NCBI RefSeq assembly: GCF_009834535.1
Contig: NC_045697.1
Span: forward strand, 111,044,001-111,108,000
Reading direction: 5' to 3'
Origin: Camelus ferus
Taxonomy: Eukaryota
Length of the DNA stretch: 64,000 nucleotides
The notes under the pieces were generated by a model that was not told the origin of the DNA, searched no databases, and saw only the letters and a program-made list of their open reading frames with translations. Made by a program: the position numbers and the translations under genes. Below are positions 24,565-38,042 of this stretch, piece by piece. Every line of letters starts with the position of its first letter. Position 1 is the first letter of the stretch.

Positions 24565-24965
24565 ATTTTTCTCCAGTTTTATTAAGATACAGTTGGCACA
24601 CAGTACTGTGAGAGTTTAAAGTAGACAGCAAAATGACTTGACTTCCACATGTAATAAATGATTGCCACAATAAGTTTAGTTAACATCCATCATCTCATCA
24701 ATAGCAAAAAAAGGGGAAATTGTTTTCATCCTTGTGATGAGAACTCAGAAGCTACTCTAAACAGTTTCCAAGTATATGGCAGTGTTAGCTGTAGTCATCA
24801 TGCCTGTGTGCGACACCCCGGTCCTCACTCATAACAGAAAGTGTGTGTGTTCTGACCACCTTCTGATCACCTTCATCCAGTCAGTTCTCTACTCCCCAAC
24901 CCCTGCCTCTGGTAACCACATATCTGATTTTTTTTTTTTTCCCTATGACTCTGGGCTTTTTTAAT
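24565..24965 (-). mobile_element. L1 3' UTR fragment (same type as 801-1180)
   Basis: CCAGTTTTATTAAGATACAGTTG...CTTGTGATGAGAACTC...CTCTGGTAACCAC. Confidence 0.88.
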
Positions 24966-27900
24966 TCTGAGAAATGAGCTGTTGATGGAGTTCAGGTAGC
25001 CTTTCTACCTTCTACTGAAAGATGGCTTACAGGTGAGACTGAGTAGAAAGGTGAGCTTTAGTCCATAGCTTTATGAAGTCCTGGTGTGCTGAAAGGCCCT
25101 GGATGCCCTCTAGGGTGTTATTTTAAATATTGCACGCTTTCTAGATGGGTTTAGTTACTGAATTTGTAGACACCAGTGTGTTCAGCTCATGGCTGGTTGG
25201 ATTCTGTGTTGTTTGATGACTGGGATTCCTCAATTTGTTATTTTCCAATGTAGAAATTATTCTTTTATCCTGATTGAACACCCTATAATTTATGTATTTT
25301 TATATTCCATTCTTGTGAAATAAGTAACAAATGCTCTCCGTGCAATTATGCTTTTCTTATAGGGAAAAGGAATCATGATATTAGGAAAGAAATCCCTCTC
25401 ATTTAGGGAATGATAGGAAAATGTCACCTGTGTATGTGTACATTTTATTTGAGGAGATTAAAAACATTAGCATATGAAATACTGCCTCATCCAATCCTGA
25501 ATGTGTTGGAAGCCTAAGAAAAGTCTTTCATTTATTAACATGCCTGTTACCATTCTCTGTATTTACCCCCCCAAATTGTTGAATCTATGTATGCTTATCA
25601 CAGAATCCAACTGGAACCCTGAGCTAAGCTGTACAGGGGTCTTGAATACATGTCATGAGACACTAAAACAGATCAGTGGGTCAGACAAACAGATTCAGGG
25701 AGGATAGTGGTACCTAAAAGGTTTCCTCTCCTCCTTTTCCCTTCGTGCACTATGCTCATTCCCACACATAGAGCATCTGCAAAAGAAAAGCTAGCAGTTT
25801 AGAGAAATTTAAACTACTTTGGAAAATACTTTAACACTTGTAATCATTCTGCTTTAAGAAATATTCTCCAGAAGCATGAGTCTTTTACTCTGGTGTTACA
25901 GACACAGAATATCTCTAACAGGTACTTGTTACTTGGCTTTTTCATATTTAGAATAGTTTTCTACTGTGGATAGAATTCAAATGAATGGCTCACATACTAA
26001 CAAACTGGTAGGCTGGAGAGGGCAAATATAATGTAACTAAAAATTAATTATTTAGAACAACTTAATGAAAAGATGAAGAGACGTGAAGAAATGAAGGCAA
26101 GTTGGACTACTGAGTAATCGGATAGAACCAGAGTGAAGGACTTGGGAGTACTAATGAAACATGAAGGGATGATTGACTAGGTGCTGCTAGAGGAATCAGA
26201 AGGACCTAGTTTTACTTAAATCTAGCTAAAAAAGTAAGTAGCATCTTAATAAAGTCACAAATAATACTGAATTAAGAGGTGTTGAAAACCCTCAAGGTTT
26301 GCAGCTTTCTTTCCTCTCCAACTCATGATGCAGACAGCTTAAAAGGGCTATTTTCATAATTCATATTTGACTAATCTAAATTCTAAAAACAGAAACATTT
26401 TATTGCCACAGAAGTTCTCAATTCTGTAGATTTCCTTTCCCCAAGGATTTACCCCAAGTTATGTAGAAATAACCAAATCAGGAGACTCTGATAAGCACCT
26501 TGGAAAAGCAAACAGAAATCAAAACAAAGGAAGTTACAAATATTTATCTAAATTAAACCAAATATAGATAGAAATTGTGATCCATTCAGAAAGATACATA
26601 TTAAACTTAAATTACATTTAAATATCTGTCTAGTAAAGGCACTTTTACTAGTTGCTTATTAGGCTAAGCTTAAATTCACGTAAGACATTAACAAGGTAGT
26701 CAACATGAGCTACAACACAAAAACAGTGAGTGCAGATTACACTGACGACCTCTCAGGGTGAGTAATCACGTCTTTAGATAGGTGAAGCTGGGTGTTTATC
26801 CCCATTCTTAGCTGTATCACATTCCCAAAAAACAAAAGAAACTGCATGTCATCTGAGAGACTTGAAAATACTTCACAAGGAAATCTCCTTCACAAACTCG
26901 ATGTCCCTCAAACCTAAAAGATTCATTATCACACACAGCGTTGTTGTAAAGCCAAGACAGAATGATGCCCAATACATTTTAAGTATCCCACATACTTGTG
27001 TCTGTTTCATCGAAATCTAGTGATGCTTATTCTACTAAATCAATACATTTAGCAGAGAAGTCGCATCGCAAACAAATATTGGGAAAAAATACGTATTTTG
27101 AAACAAAGAGAATTCATTATTTCCCCAGTGCTCACAACCAATACAGCATTTTTATTATTGGTAATATTTTCACTTCCTGAAGACAAGCTTTGCCATATGG
27201 AAAAACAAAGAAGTATGGTCAAAGCACAATCATCTAAACACCTTCACATTCCTAACTGGTTTACTATCACCTAAGCCATTTCCAGGCTTATGGAATAATA
27301 GGTTTCCATCCTTGAGTTTGTAGGAATTTTCACTAAACCATAAAATAAGTTAATCCCCCACCAAAACTTAGAAACTTTAGTACAGAAACCCAAGACGTAT
27401 TGAAGAAAAAGCGTTTTTTAAATTGTTGGCAGACTCAGTCACTGGTAACTCTGAAAAACAGTCAGCTTCTATTTCCTCCTGCACACGGCTTTGCTCTCTG
27501 AGTCCCATTCATTCATGCTGTCCCTGGTTCCTAGAAACCTTCAATCTCCCAGCAGCTTTTCTGATCACTTCACCCTCTTCAAAATGAACCAAATTTGTCC
27601 CCCATTTCTCTAGGATCTGCTCTCTACATTTCCAGGAGTTAACTAGTTAATTCACTAAGCAAATCTGTAATAAACAGACACATTTGTATGTGTATAGTAG
27701 CTTCGGTAGGCAATGTTTCAACCCAAAAGGATGGCACTTGAAGACAGGACTCGAGGTTATGAACTGATCTATCAAAACCTTTCAAATTTTAACATTTAGC
27801 CTGTCCAGTAAATCCTAAAGCAAAATACCACTGAGACATAGCAGAGGTAAGTTTCATTCCTACCACATGCACTAACAGAATCACTGCCAGGTACTCAGGT

Positions 27901-29454
27901 GGATTTCATGTGATAGATGTTTATGCAGGGAGTTATTTCACTGGATACTTGAAAAAAAAAACTTTCTTGTTTAAAAGATTGAATCCCTATTACTTTTGTA
28001 ACATGTGGCAGATTTGCTTCCCTTTCTCTCTCTCTTCGCCCCCTCCCCCCCCCCCCCCAGTCTCTGCCAGCATTGGCACCCTGGCTATTTTCAAGCTGCT
28101 TTACATAATTGGTCTCTGAGTACATGAAGCTGCCACCTGTTAACAAATATACAAACCATTCTCCTCTGCAAGGATGACTTAACCAAGTCATGACAGAATA
28201 ATGAGCCCAGACAGCAGTTTCACATCTGTATAAACAAGATTCACCTCCTACACTCAGTCTGATAATTTCTCATAATAGAATAAGGATTATATTTAAATGA
28301 AAACAATGTAATTATTATCTTGATCTTATTTTGATTTTAAGTAATTCTTCCACTTTACCCTTTCCATTTTTTTTTCTCTCTACACACTTAACCTCACTTT
28401 CTCTGAGAATGTGCTGTGTCTAGATTATCCAATCAAAAGCAAACATGGTTTTCCTCAAAGACATCCCCTAGTACAGAATCAAATATTCAGAATATCACAT
28501 TTCTGGACTTTAGTTCTTCACCTTGCCTAGCTCAAAGAATACAGAGCTCACCAAAAAAGTACTTTTACTCCTTTTTAATATATTGGAGTCATCTAAAGGT
28601 TTTGAACAACAGGAATAATCAGCATTAGTACATAGCTGGAAATATACTGTGTCTTTTCATTAGTGCTTTAGAAGATTTAAAAGGATTAACTGTCATTATA
28701 CTATGCAGCCAGATTAACTGGCTAAAGAAAATCTCATAACTGCAAGGCTATTTCCAACCATGGTCTTGGTTGACACTGTCTTCTGTAAAAGAGCATCTGA
28801 AGAAAATTTACAGAGTTTCCTCAGATTGAAGACATGCTTGCATATGTAACTTTTACTTTAAATGATTTAAGAACTAATTCAACCAGATCGAGTTATGCCA
28901 AGATATCACCATATTTTCTATTAGAAGCATTTCCAGTGCTACTTGTAAGATATATATTAGGAAAGGGTGGAATTTAATATGATGGTGAAGTTGATACGTC
29001 GAGAAATTACAGATACCTGACAAAAATATACATAATATTCATATTTCCGTGTCTCCTAACATCATCCTAATTCTTGGTTCCTAAAATGAGGAAGGACAAT
29101 ATTTTCATTCAAAATCTCAAAAATTCGGAGGAATTGTCTTTTAACCATATCTGATTAGCAAGTGACAATTGGTTTTCTACTTCCCCCCCATATCCAACTT
29201 TTCATAATATGACTGTCATATTTTTACAACATAGGATCTATGAAAAAGCATGTATGTATCATATTTACAAATAGGTAGTGTATAAGTTAGTTCATGTCTC
29301 TAATCTAGGTATTTCATCTTCTAAAAGAGATTCTGCTTATAAATCTTCAAAGTTTTAAAATTGGAAGGAGGCTATGAGATCATATAATCGAAACCTTTCA
29401 TTTTAGAGATAAGGAAATTGAAATCCTATAAGAACCATAAATCCAGAGAGTGGG

Positions 29455-29565
29455 GGTCCATGAGACAGGAATCACGTCTGTTTTGTTCATTCTTGTATCC
29501 ATAGTGCTTTACAAAGTGGCAGGCAGGAACTAGATGTATATTTGTTAGATGGATGTTTGAGTGAA
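29455..29565 (+). mobile_element. L2 3' end remnant (a MIR remnant lies just upstream, about 29340-29425)
   Basis: CCATGAGACAGG...TCTGTTTTGTTCA...TGTATCC...TATTTGTTAGATGGATG. Confidence 0.65.
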
Positions 29566-29589
29566 AACTAAGACAAGAAAACCAGGACT

Positions 29590-29720
29590 GGGGGAGGGTA
29601 TAGTTCAGTGGTAGAGAGCGGGCTTAGCATGTACAAGGTCCTGGGTTCAAACCCCAGTCCCTCCATTAAAAAAGTAATAAATAAATAAGCCTAATTACCA
29701 CCCCTTGCCCCTCAAAAAAA
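29590..29720 (+). mobile_element. tRNA-Ala-derived SINE (vic-1 type)
   Basis: GGGGAGGGTATAGTTCAGTGGTAGAG (A box)...GGGTTCAAACCCCAG (B box), followed by an AATAAATAA/CCTAATTACC/A-rich tail. Confidence 0.92.
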
Positions 29721-29789
29721 CCCATGAGACTGCTCTATATAGCTTTAGCATTTAGATCTTCATAAGCAACATCTATCTGGTCTTTAGCA

Positions 29790-30260
29790 GATTCAGTTCA
29801 ATAATTAGTAAGTACTTTTTATCATGGAGTATGCAAAGTAATTTGGAGAAAAAAATTCGTTAAGATGAAGGATATAACTTTTGCCTTTATGTAACTAGTT
29901 ATGTATAGTTTACATTAATATCATTACAATAAGGTATTTGTTAAAAGATAGTTATGAAAAACTGAGAAGGGAGAAATTATTTCTCACTGGTGGTGGTACC
30001 TGAAAAGTCTTCATGAATGAAGAGGTATTTGGCCTCGACCTTGAAAAATTGCTAGAAAATCAATTGACAGAACTATTAGGAAGGCCCCAAGAATGTTCTA
30101 GGAAGAATAAATTTGAACAAAAACACAGAGGCAAGAAAAGCATGATTTGTTACAGTAATAATGGGTGGTTGGCTAAGGAGCAGTACATGAAAGTAGTTAG
30201 AAATAAACCTGGAAGAGACAGGCAGAAGCCAGGCTGTGAAGGGCTTTGAATGTCTGCACT
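29790..30260 (-). mobile_element. L2 remnant
   Basis: Purine-rich degenerate L2-like text (TTCATGAATGAAGAGG...GACCTTGAA...AAAAACACAGAGGCAAGAAAAG). Confidence 0.55.
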
Positions 30261-33200
30261 TACCAGGCAGGCAGGAGGCAAGGAAGGCTCCCACCAAGGA
30301 GTCACATACTAAATAGCTATTAATGCTGTGTTAGCTGCAGGGTCCGGAAGAAGGTAAAACTCAGCCTTTCCTTTTGGTCCTTAGGTAAGGGGCTGACTTG
30401 CGTGTTGGATTGTACAGACAGTAAATGTTTCCCTTAAAACATCCAATTTGTTTTTCTGGACATAATTCTTTTATTCATTTTGAAGTGACTATTTGAGCAT
30501 GGAGGGTAAGAGAGACTCAGACGTGGGTGGATGTGAGCAGGAAAAGGAGAAGAAACAGAGAAGTAACTTTGTATTTTGAGGACATTTGTTTTAAGAAAAA
30601 AAATGTTATATTTTCTATAAATGCCTTCAGAATTAAAGCTTTTTTGAAATATAAACGTTCTCTCTATGGGAGACCAGGAGAAATTATAGGAAATTGAAAT
30701 AGACATGATGCAAAAAACCTGATAAATGTGGAGAAATATGTATGACTTCTCTCCTTGTGAATACTTGTAACAGCCACTGCAACTGGTTATCTTCAGCTGT
30801 ATTATAGTCCTGTTTACAAAGCACCAGATGCCAACACCTGCCGGGTGATTTTCAAACATGCAATTATATATCTAAAAGTATGTTTATTTTGTTTTGTTTT
30901 GTTTTGTTTTAATACTAAAGCAACTTCAACCTGATTGTGAACTCTTAATTTACTCCATTTCCAGAATTAGGAAAAAATACAGGATTGCATGTGATGGAAC
31001 TTTTAAACGCTTTTAAATTTCATCCGCCAACTCCAGTTTAAACAATGTCAGAAGCCAACGGCATTAATGGTTAGACAAACTCAACATTAGGTAATATTGT
31101 TGACACCTTTTTATGTGTATAGTATGTCCCAAACATTGTAAGCTAAAACTGAGACATATATGGTAAGTTAAAATAGATGTTGATTTTTTTATTTAATGGT
31201 AGTCTGTTTAATATCAGTGTATGAGTGGAATGCTATCCCTTCTTATAAACAAATGTATGTAAGAATCATTATTGCTTTGGCATAAAGAAAACACAATTCA
31301 CAAATTACCTTTCCCTCTCCCCTGGCATCCAGGAGTAGTCTCCCATTGAGATTTAAACTCAGGACCTCCAGAGAACAAATGGTAGAGACCTTATCTTCTT
31401 GCTGATCACAGCACGGGGCAGCGTAACTTGGTCTGATAATCCAGTCACTTGAAATATAATGCTCCTTTTAGTCTTCCACTTGGCCTCTGTTTTTCAGATA
31501 AATACTCTATTTTTTTAATCAGTGATAAATATTTCATTTCTACTTGGCCTGCCCTCACAAACTGACCTGGAGCACATAAAACCAACAGAAATAATCTCTT
31601 TTGTTGTTAGATTTAGGTTAGGCTGGTAGCATGTAATCAGTGATCCAGATTTCTTCCTTCTGGTATTTTTTTGTCAAGCAACTTTACTTCAAGTTGCACA
31701 TATAAGTTTTGCTGAGGACAAAGTAAACAGAATAAATGCGATGGAGAAACACTAAGATAGATGCTATGATCTAAATTAGTCCTCATTTTCAACAAGAAAA
31801 TAATGACTCTGCTAAAAAACGGTAATGGATTTTTTTTCTTCTCATTTTTCCCTCAGACTTCTTAGGGTGTCTTGTGCTGATTAAGATCAAAGAGTGGATA
31901 TTTAATTGGCACTAGTATTTCTCTTCATTCCTTTCTCAAGCACATAGATCTACATTCATCATGCAAGTGCATATTTTAAACTGCGATAGAATCTCCTTCT
32001 AAAAGGCAGGGGGTTTGAAAACAAAATAGAAACAGAGAACTATAACAACAATGATCATAGAAACTTGTTATCACTGGATGTTATTAAAACTTCGCCAAAT
32101 TTTCAGCCAGTTCATAGTATGCTTGGAAGAAAGATATAAAAAGGTGAGAAAGAAAAAAAAAAATCAAAGGAAGTCTTTGGAGAGTACCACTTGACTTACA
32201 CTCTTCAAAGAACATTGACCATAGTATGTGAAAGAAAACAATCATATCAGAAATCACATTATTTTCACTCAGGGTCTAATGAACAACGTGGGAATGATCT
32301 ACCAAAGAAAAGAAACAAACATAAAAGTGAGCATTTAAACAATTATCCTCATTAATTCAACTCAAAGACTTGATAGAGCAGAAGTATGTTCAGATATGTC
32401 AGAGGATGCTCACAAATGTGGCACCTGGCCAGAATCCTTGCTGGAGGAATATTATTCACAGTTGGGGTCAGGGGAATAGCTTAATCAATGTACAAAGAGA
32501 AGGTGGAGAGTAGGGATCCACAGACAAATGGTATGAAGAAGAAAACATTACTTTTGACTTGTTTATTCTTACATTTGCAGAGACTATCCAATTTTCATTA
32601 GCTATTTCTGAAAGAAGCAATGGAGGCAATACCTTGCTGCTTCTAGAAAGAAAATGTGTTTGTAGTTGTCTCATGGTATGTTATTGTGGTAAATGCTAGT
32701 CAAGTGGCCTTTGTGAGTTATGTTTCATTCACGACGCGTTAGAAACAATGTACAGATTCCATCTAGAAAAAATAATTTCTATAGGCGAGCTCTCTTCTTT
32801 TTCAGTTTCACTTTTGGTAATAAAGATAATCAAATCTATATATTAAACACCTTTTTTTAAACAGGACCATTTGGCCAAAAAAAATCAGAAACTTTTCTAA
32901 ATTAATGTCTCTTCATAGATGCTAAAATATGGTAGGGATTCTGTGCTTCACAGTAAGTGACTTGTATCAAACATGATTTTTAAGGCATTTTTAGGGTTAA
33001 CTTTTCACTGTGCTACTTTTAGGAGTTTAATTCATAATTGAATTAATATTTTAATACTTTAATAATAACTACAGCAGCCTTGGAAATCATCTATTTCTAT
33101 TCAATGCACATGAGTTGAATTCTCCTAGACAAAATCTGACTTCATAAGCCCTTCAGCTTTGCCCTAAAATTCACATATCACGTCAAAATATTGCAAGCAA

Positions 33201-34095
33201 AAATTCTAGTTTCAAAAACAGTCTCTTAAAATCACACTGGAATTTTAACATAAGACAATGATATAAATATTGATGACATCATGATAGGAAGCAACTGTAA
33301 AGCAGATAATTTTATTTAAGAAGTAACACAGGTCAAAATGATTTATACAGGTAGCATATCACAGATAACACTGAGCATAACTCCTGTATAAAACAAATAC
33401 CTACTGTTGTCACAGCTGGGAGAGTGACCTTTTCAACTTTCTGAGGCTCCGCCTTGGTGAATTATTGGCAATTTCCTCACTATTGGGAAAGCATCCTCTT
33501 CCTCAGCCCATGTTCTTTCTCCTTTCTATATCCGTGTATGCAGTAACCGAATAAAAACAGGACTACTGGCTCGTGGAATGTTTCTGCTGTGCAAACCACA
33601 GTTTTTAACCAAAATCTGGAATCTTTAAGTGGCAATTGTCTGAGAAGTGCCCTGGAAAGGCTTTTGTCACATGCTTGTTAGAGGACCATCTTGGACAATC
33701 ATGGGAAAAGAATGGATAAAAAAGGGCATTAAAATGAATCTATTCCATTTGTAGGGGAAAAAAATGATAGCCATTCCTTTTTTTTTCAAAAAGCATTTTT
33801 AGGAACTAACTCTTAAACTTATCCACCTAACACTCCCAGTTCACCAGGAAGGGCAACAAAAAAAAAAAAGCCAGGAAGATTGGAAGCACTTCAGGCTGTG
33901 AGGGGGAGCTGTCGCCCTGGCTGGGTGCCCAGTCACCCTGGCGCTCGCCGAATTCCTCGGGTACCTACAGTGGCTTAAGTCTCCAGGACAATGAAGCTGG
34001 GAGGAAAAGTCTCAAAGGATTCCACTTACAATTCTAACAAGTCTTGTGTTATTTTGCATGTCCACGGCATTTTTTCCCTTTCCAGTGTGTTTCTA

Positions 34096-34217
34096 TTTAT
34101 TTCTTGGGAGGAGGTAATTGATTTATTTATTCATTATTGGAGACTGTCCTGGGGATGAGCTCAGGACCCTGTGCATGCCACACAGGTGCTCTGCCACTTG
34201 AGCTATGCTCTCTCCCC
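34096..34217 (-). mobile_element. tRNA-Ala-derived SINE (vic-1 type), more diverged copy
   Basis: GGAGGTAATT...CAGGACCCTGTGCATG...GAGCTATGCTCTCTCCCC. Flanks share TGTTTCTA (decayed TSD). Confidence 0.85.
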
Positions 34218-35541
34218 TTTCGGAATGTTTCTAATTGATTCTTTTGCTTGCTCCTTGTAACAAGTCTGTGGAACAAATGAAGAAATGAAGGTAAACTGAT
34301 TTTAACTTTCCCTGCTTCTTAGCCCACACTATGTTTGCTATTAGACAATTCTGCCTCCTTGGAGTTCCCAACTAGTTTCAAGGCTTATTGTTTCTGATGG
34401 GAACCTCAGAAATACAATGAGGCCCCCCCCGGACTGAATTTATCAGGGCTTTTCTAAGTCATGATGAATTGCCAAGTAATTGGAAAAACTACCAAGTTAA
34501 CTTCTCTGAGTCAGTGCTTTCAGGAATAGCATCTTTATTATTTGCCAACTGCTAGGTTCCTGGTAAATATAAGTCAAGGTGTTTACCACAATCACATTTG
34601 GGGGAGTCAGTCTTTTGGGGAGATCATTACCATTATTTTGAGAAAAACTTAAAAAGAGACCTCCAATTCTCACAATTGGGAGAATTAGAGTTCCTGAAAA
34701 CTTCGTCAGCAAAAGCACCTAAAATTGATAGTTAGGGTTAAAAAAATTAACAATAAATATGGCTCATTTATCAAACAGTGCGTATCTCATAAAACTGAAA
34801 CTGAAAACAGGAAGAAACAGGGAGCGAATGTACATTGGTGCACACGTCGCTACATTCCTTTCCTATTTCAGTGTAAATAATTGCCACTATAAAAATTATA
34901 GGCCATCTTGGGAAACAGAAATAAGGATTGTGTTAGTTTCTGTTTGTTTGTTTTAAGCAGCATGTGTTCCTCTGGCTGGATTAGAGCCACTAAAACGGGT
35001 TTCAATTGAGATCTAGGCAAGAGAATAATTCTTGGAGCTAGAGGTCTGAGAGAGTATGGGGGTTGGGGGAGGTAGGGAGGAACATTAACTCTAAATAATG
35101 AATACAATACAGAGGCTTAAAACTTCCATGGGGCTATTAGCATCTCCACCTCCACCCCCACCCCCATCCTTCCTCCACCTTGGCAGACCTAACAGTGCAG
35201 GGCTGATGGGGAGGTGGGGATGGTGGGGAGTAGAGGGGAAACAGGCTTTGTCGTGGCTCCCAGAGATGTGCCCCAGGGACAAGATAGGAGAGCAATGATA
35301 GACAAATCATGTGAGTCTCATGGGTGCAACAAAGAATGCTCGGAGAAGCAGACCAATGCCACTCTCCTGCAGGATATTCCTCCGCTGCGAAATGGGACAG
35401 ATTGCACACTTGATATTTCACAGGCATAGCCATAGTAACAACAACCAAACACATTTTCCTTTGGTACTTCATCATTTTGCTTCTCTGGGTGGTTAAATTC
35501 TTCTCTGGAATGGAAATTTGCCTCTAGTGTTTTCCTTTTAT

Positions 35542-35696
<155 letters not shown>

Positions 35697-36577
35697 TGCA
35701 TAAGTGATGTTTGTGGCAAACATTTTTAAAGTATTTTAAATTCATTGCTAAGCCAACAAAAAGAAAGGAAATCTAAGAGGACAAAAATGAGGTAAGGGCA
35801 GGAATCCAGAAAGGTAAGCTAGCACTGAAGGTAGTTTCTAACCTGAGGGCATTCACCAAAACTTCAAGGTTTTCAGGCAGATTAAATGTGTCCAAAGCTA
35901 AGAAAACAAAGTCTACAGACTTTCCAGGGTGGTGGGAGGGCTAAGAGAAACACCTAACTAGAGTGAGGAATGCAGAGTTATGCCCTTGGTATGAACGAAA
36001 TCCAAAAATAAAGCTAAGAACAGAAATAACATAGCAAGAAGACTTGCCTGTCTTATCTGGGCAAAAAGAAAGAACATCCTGATAATTAAAAACTATAAAC
36101 TGAGTATCACCTGGCTTTGTGGCCAGAATGCACTAGCAAGTCTTCAAAGCTTCAAACTGAGAATTTATTCACTCTTGGGCTGAAAGTACCCTCAAATACT
36201 TGATATAAATACAATATTCTCAGGAAAAACATTTTCAGACAAGGTCTTAATTCCCACAAACAAAGTCTCAAAACATGTGAGCTCACAGTAGAGTATTACA
36301 AAATTTCCAAAGAAGCAACAGAAACAAAAGATGAAAGACACAGATTTTAGAAACTTCAGGTACTGCAGTAACCAGATAATAATATAAAATAGTAGTATCT
36401 ACTATGTTTAAATAGTTAAAAAGACACTGAAAATATATACAAGTATTGAACAAAAACTATGAAAATGGAGCTAGCAGCTTGGGAAAAATAAAACTATAAT
36501 AACTAAAAATTTTAATTACCCCTTACTTTAAAAGCAGATTACACAGTAGCAAAAAGATAATTAGCAAACTAGAAGAT

Positions 36578-37084
36578 TTCTAACTAAAAATTGGCACTTG
36601 CCATCTGCCTCTACAAGGATTGGATCACATTGGCACTTGCCATCTACCTCTGCTTGGATTCAATCATGAGCCGCTGCAGCCACTGACATTCAACACACCC
36701 TGAAAACTCAGGGTGGAGATCAGGAATGAGGTGCTCTGTGCTCTGGGAAAACTGGCTGAACACGCCTTCAGATAGTTAGGTATTTTCAGGAGAAGATCTT
36801 GTGAGCCCAGTTCTTGCGTCTTCTCATATTTAGAAAAGCACTAAAATCATTACTGGCCACATCTGCTCCTCATGACTAACAGGAAGCCTCTGCCTAAATA
36901 TGTACTTGACTCCATGTACCTCCCTTCACTGAAATCATATGTAATACTGAGTTCTCCCCCTGCCTCTTTGGAACAATTCCTCAGAGCTATCTGAGGAGCT
37001 GCCTCCCGAGCTATAGTCCTCATTTTGACCCAAATAAAACTTAACCCACAACTCTCATATTCTGTGATTTTATTTCAGTCGACA
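36578..37084 (+). mobile_element. ERV1-class solo LTR (resembles cetartiodactyl MER41-like LTRs)
   Basis: Ends AATAAAACTTAAC...TTTCAGTCGACA. 4-bp TSD AGAT at 36574-36577 and 37085-37088. Confidence 0.85.
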
Positions 37085-37456
37085 AGATAAATATGAAGAA
37101 ATTGTTTAGAATGTGGCATAGAGAGACAAAGAAATAGGAAACATGAAATGTAGTTTAAAAAGACATGGAGGATAAAGTAAAGAGAGAAAAGAAAGGCAAT
37201 CTTGAAGTGCTAATGACAGAGGGGTTTCCCAACTTGTTGAAAGACAACAGATTTAGTTTCAGAAAGACCAGCACATTTAAACAAACACATACTTAGGCAT
37301 ATGACAGTAAACTGCAAAACACCAAAGACAAAGAAAGGATCTTAAGAGGTGCCAGAGGTGAATAGCCAATTACCTGCAGAGAAATAATATTTAGGCTGAT
37401 ATCTGTCTCCTCAGCAACTACTAACATCAGAAGATCATGTAATAATATCCTCAAAG

Positions 37457-38042
37457 TGTTAGCAGATGGAGGGAACCCTAAGTTAAGAAGCTCACCGAAG
37501 TATGGGTCCTTGCCACCTCCTAAGAAAGAATTCACACAGCAGAGGCAGAGGGACAAAGTGAACAGCTGCTTTATTGCTCTGAAGAAACGGAGATAAGGTT
37601 CTCATGCCGGGAGAAGGCAAGAAGAACATTCAAGCGAGGAAATGGTGCTGGAGAGGGCAGCTGTCAGCCAAGATGTTCGGTAGAGACAGTGCCTGCCCAA
37701 GTCGGACCACGTGGACTTCTGTGGGAGGCTTCTGTCATCATTTCCTCCTCCAAGTGTGCTGGGGCCGACCAGTCCTTGTTTAAGTTTTCCAGTTCTCGTA
37801 TGGGCTTTTCAGGTGGTTGTCATGGCAATTGTCAACTGTCATGGTGTATCATTTTGCAGCCAATACATTACAGTGAGCATATAATGAGGCTCACGGTCCA
37901 CTGGAACGCAAGCCCTCTGCCATTTTGGACTGGATTCTAACCAGTTCTTATTTCTCCTCCTCCCCTCCTGAGACTTAGATAAAAGCAATTGGTTTCTATT
38001 TGAGGGAGGGGCAAGGATATGATCCTGGGGGCAACAGCCTCA
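37457..38042 (-). mobile_element. ERV1-class solo LTR (MER4/LTR8-like group)
   Basis: TGTTA... and ...CCTCA termini, AAGAAAGAATTC, antisense polyA signal TTTATTG near 37570, GTTGTCATGGCAAT and GCCATTTTGG motifs. No clean TSD seen. Confidence 0.8.

Noticed and set aside
29590..29667. tRNA-Ala-like sequence as a tRNA gene (also 9520-9596, 19290-19368, 34140-34217)
   Set aside because: All four copies carry the same non-tRNA tail and diverged stems, and three have visible TSD remnants. They are SINEs.
33905..33965. CpG-containing GC-rich stretch as a CTCF site
   Set aside because: Only a gapped, partial match to the CTCF consensus; too short to support a call.
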